From Carcharhinus longimanus (Eukaryota), in the NCBI GenBank assembly GCA_030264375.1, contig JASCQW010000001.1, forward strand, positions 103,273,616 through 103,337,615: a DNA stretch of 64,000 nt, written 5' to 3'. Below are positions 61,406 to 64,000 of this stretch, piece after piece. Below the pieces are notes generated by a model. That model did no database searches, was not told where the DNA came from, and saw nothing but the letters and a program-made list of their open reading frames with translations. The first letter of the stretch is position 1, and each line of letters opens with the position of its first letter. A program made the translations under genes and the position numbers.

Positions 61406-62624
61406 AGGTTGCACCAGAATGGGTCCTGGGACCAACAAGATTCGGTTTAAGTTAATTCAACAGGGATTGGATATCAGGATGGAAAGGTAGCAAGGAGAAA
61501 CAGGCTGCACAGAAAGTGAGGAGAGACGTCGCAACAAGACGAAGAGTAGAATAGACAGATGGAAGAAAGAAGCAAAGCCTATTCTCATGGTGTGAGAATG
61601 GAGGTATGTGCATCTGAGATAACTTGCAAGATTGACAAGTTCCAGGGGCATGTTCCCAAACACACTGATGAAACAATGCCTGTAATAAAGACCTGGCTTG
61701 AATATGGGCAGGAATGGGAATTGAACAATCCTAACTGCCACATATCAGGAGGGATTGAAGAGAGCTATCCAAGAGCAAGTAATTGGATCCTGTCTTCACA
61801 TTTCTCAATCTTGCACTTCCTCTTCATTGCTTACAGGAGCCTCCCATTTTCAATTCCAATGAACAATATAAATAAGGAAAAGAATTGTGTAATTGTGTCA
61901 CACACTGTTTTATAACGTGGAACATACTGTGTACCTGGAAGTGTAGCAGAATTCAATTCCATAGGAAGATTCAAAAGGTATTTGGACATGTATTTGAAGA
62001 ACACTAATTTGCAGGGTTGTTGGACTAAATTGGTCTGTACAGGTATGCTTGGGCGAACAGTTTCCTTCCAAGCTATAATAATCTATAATTCTAACCATTC
62101 ACGTGGGTAAGAGATGGAGAGACATTTCTGAACATCTCACAGTGGTTTGACCACGTCAGATGCAATGAGAAGTAAATCCAAGTTTGTTCTCTCATCACAA
62201 GTATTTGCCTATCACCTGTACACATTGTCCTTGAATTGATGTTTTTATCTGTTCCAAGTCTTGGAAGACTTCGGAAACTCATTCTTGTAAGGTGAAGCCA
62301 GTTGTTTTTATTCAGAAGCCCACTGATGAATCACTGAATGGGGGAGTAGGACGATCCATCCACTGGCCAAAAGTAAGAAGTTGAATAGGAATCTTGCTCC
62401 AGATCATCACTTGATGGTCTGCCAGAAAAGCCTTGGTGGTTTACTGCAACATTAGTGCCAACCAACCCAAGAAATTAATTGGCCTGTTCGAGTGTGTAAT
62501 TGCTTAAAGGAATTATTTATCAGCCCTGTAACCAAGAGCAAGACAGTATTTATTAGATCTCTTACTTGAAATACTTCTTTGTGAAGAAGTTACTTGCCTA
62601 AATCTCCAAAGCCCATGTACCATC

Positions 62625-62815
62625 TACAAGGCAAAAGTCAGCAATGTGATGGGATACTCTCCACTTGCCTGGATGAGTGCAGCTCCAACGACACTCAAGA
62701 AGCTGCTGCCCAGAACAGCCTCATGATTGGCACCCCAGCACCTTAAACAATCACTTCCTCCAGCACTGACACACAATGGCAGAAGTGTGAACCATCTACA
62801 AGAGGCACTGCAGCG
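62625..62815 (+). mobile_element. CR1/L2-group LINE fragment
   Basis: TIYKAKVSNVMGYSPLAWMSAAPTTLKKL, homologous to the minus strand of 21000-21130. Confidence 0.7.
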
Positions 62816-63174
62816 GTGATTGGGTGAGAATTTTGGTTCCCTTTTAAAGTGGTTAGTGGGTACACTTGTGCTTTCATTCCGGGGGGGGAGGGGGAGCAGG
62901 AGAGTAGGCAAGTATCCCTGGTTAGGACATTTGACCAGCCTCTCAACTTGGCAAACATGTGAGGTGCACTTATCATTATAATGAGATGAGCTTCCTTTTG
63001 CCCTGCAATTTTTGGTAGAGTCTAAAGATCGTAAGGATGCAGTTTCTGGCACTTGCACCAGGATCAAAAGGTAAGTTAGCTCCTATCTATTTGCAACCAA
63101 ACAATAAAGAAAAGGATAGTCATCAACCATTCTATAAGAATAATGTTCTTTAATGAATATTGAATTCTGTTTAT

Positions 63175-63606
63175 TATAGAATTCCTACAGTGCAGAAGGA
63201 GGCCATTCAGCCCATCAAGTCTGCACCAACTCTCCAACAGAGCATCTTCCTAGGCCCTATCCCCATACTTGCCTCTCTAATCCTCCTAACCTACACATCT
63301 TGGTACATTAATGGGCAATTTAGCAATCCACCTAACCTGCTAATCTCTGCATTGAGAGAGGAAACCGGAGCACCTGGAGAAAACCCANNNNNNNNNNNNN
63401 NNNNNNNNNNNNNNNNNNNNNNNNNNNNNNNNNNNNNNNNNNNNNNNNNNNNNNNNNNNNNNNNNNNNNNNNNNNNNNNNNNNNNNNAAAACCCACATTG
63501 ATATGGGAAGAACGTATAAACTCCACACAGACTATGACTTAATGCTGGAGTCGAACCTAGGTCGCTGGTGCTGTGAAGCAGCATTGCTAACCACTGTGCT
63601 GCCCTG
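63175..63606 (-). mobile_element. HE1 / V-SINE with an internal gap
   Basis: Tail atagaattcctacagtgcagaaggaggccattcagccc; head ..gcattgctaaccactgtgctgccc. Confidence 0.8.
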
Positions 63607-64000
63607 GTGGGAACATTGCCAAAAATGGAAACATTACTAATAAGAAAAATGTGGACTGATCAGGTCTGAGCTATCAAATGCCTGATGCCTTACACTCTGT
63701 TGGCATTAGTGTCCTATTACTATTCATTTATGGGCCACAACTGTACAATGTGTACAAAACCCAATATACAGCGGAAATTAATATTCAGTGACCACTGACA
63801 TAATTACCCAGAAGGGATTTGTTCAGCATAGATTAGAAGGTAATAAAGACTGCAGTAACCGGAAAGGGGCCAGTCTGCAAAGCTGATGCCTAAAGGCTAC
63901 AAAAAACAAATACTTTAAATTATGCAGTCAATGCCACTCTATAGTATCACAGCATGTTACAGTGTAATAAAAGGAGTGTTGATGGAACATCTCAAAATAT

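Noticed and set aside
57400-64000. PH-domain exons of full-length ARHGAP24
   Set aside because: I found no PH-like peptide with splice sites by eye; they probably lie beyond the window.
1-64000. Prokaryotic operon or defence system, or a wholly novel multi-gene system
   Set aside because: The only supported host gene is a spliced vertebrate ARHGAP24; the remaining ORFs trace to transposable elements, gaps or chance.

Overview
Eukaryotic (vertebrate) genomic DNA, almost certainly an elasmobranch (shark) draft assembly, judged from many HE1/V-SINE and DeuSINE copies, CR1 LINEs and unsized 100-N gaps. The window holds the 3' two-thirds of one minus-strand gene, ARHGAP24 (FilGAP, a Rac GAP). Six shared coding exons with GT-AG sites and consistent phases lie at 55427-55634, 32679-32811, 30589-30662, 27334-27455, 16101-17319 and 5328-5571. 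A 37-codon alternative first exon at 56501-56612 matches the N-terminus I recall for the short, PH-less mammalian isoform (p73RhoGAP). After removing a false duplication plus gap inside the large exon, these seven exons splice to a complete ORF of about 661 aa. The PH-domain exons were not found and presumably lie beyond base 64000. The rest is mostly decayed transposable elements: CR1, a CR1/L2-group LINE, Rex1/Babar, RTE/BovB-like, Gypsy LTR, PIF/Harbinger remnants and MITEs, Penelope-like ends, and three SINE families. The most notable observations are the conserved internal start exon with an overlapping uORF, an intronic Penelope-type palindrome with two minimal hammerhead-ribozyme motifs, a 5'-inverted (twin-priming-like) Rex1/Babar insertion, and deep TE nesting. 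I found no convincing wholly new biological system. Family names come from pattern recognition and memory, not database searches.
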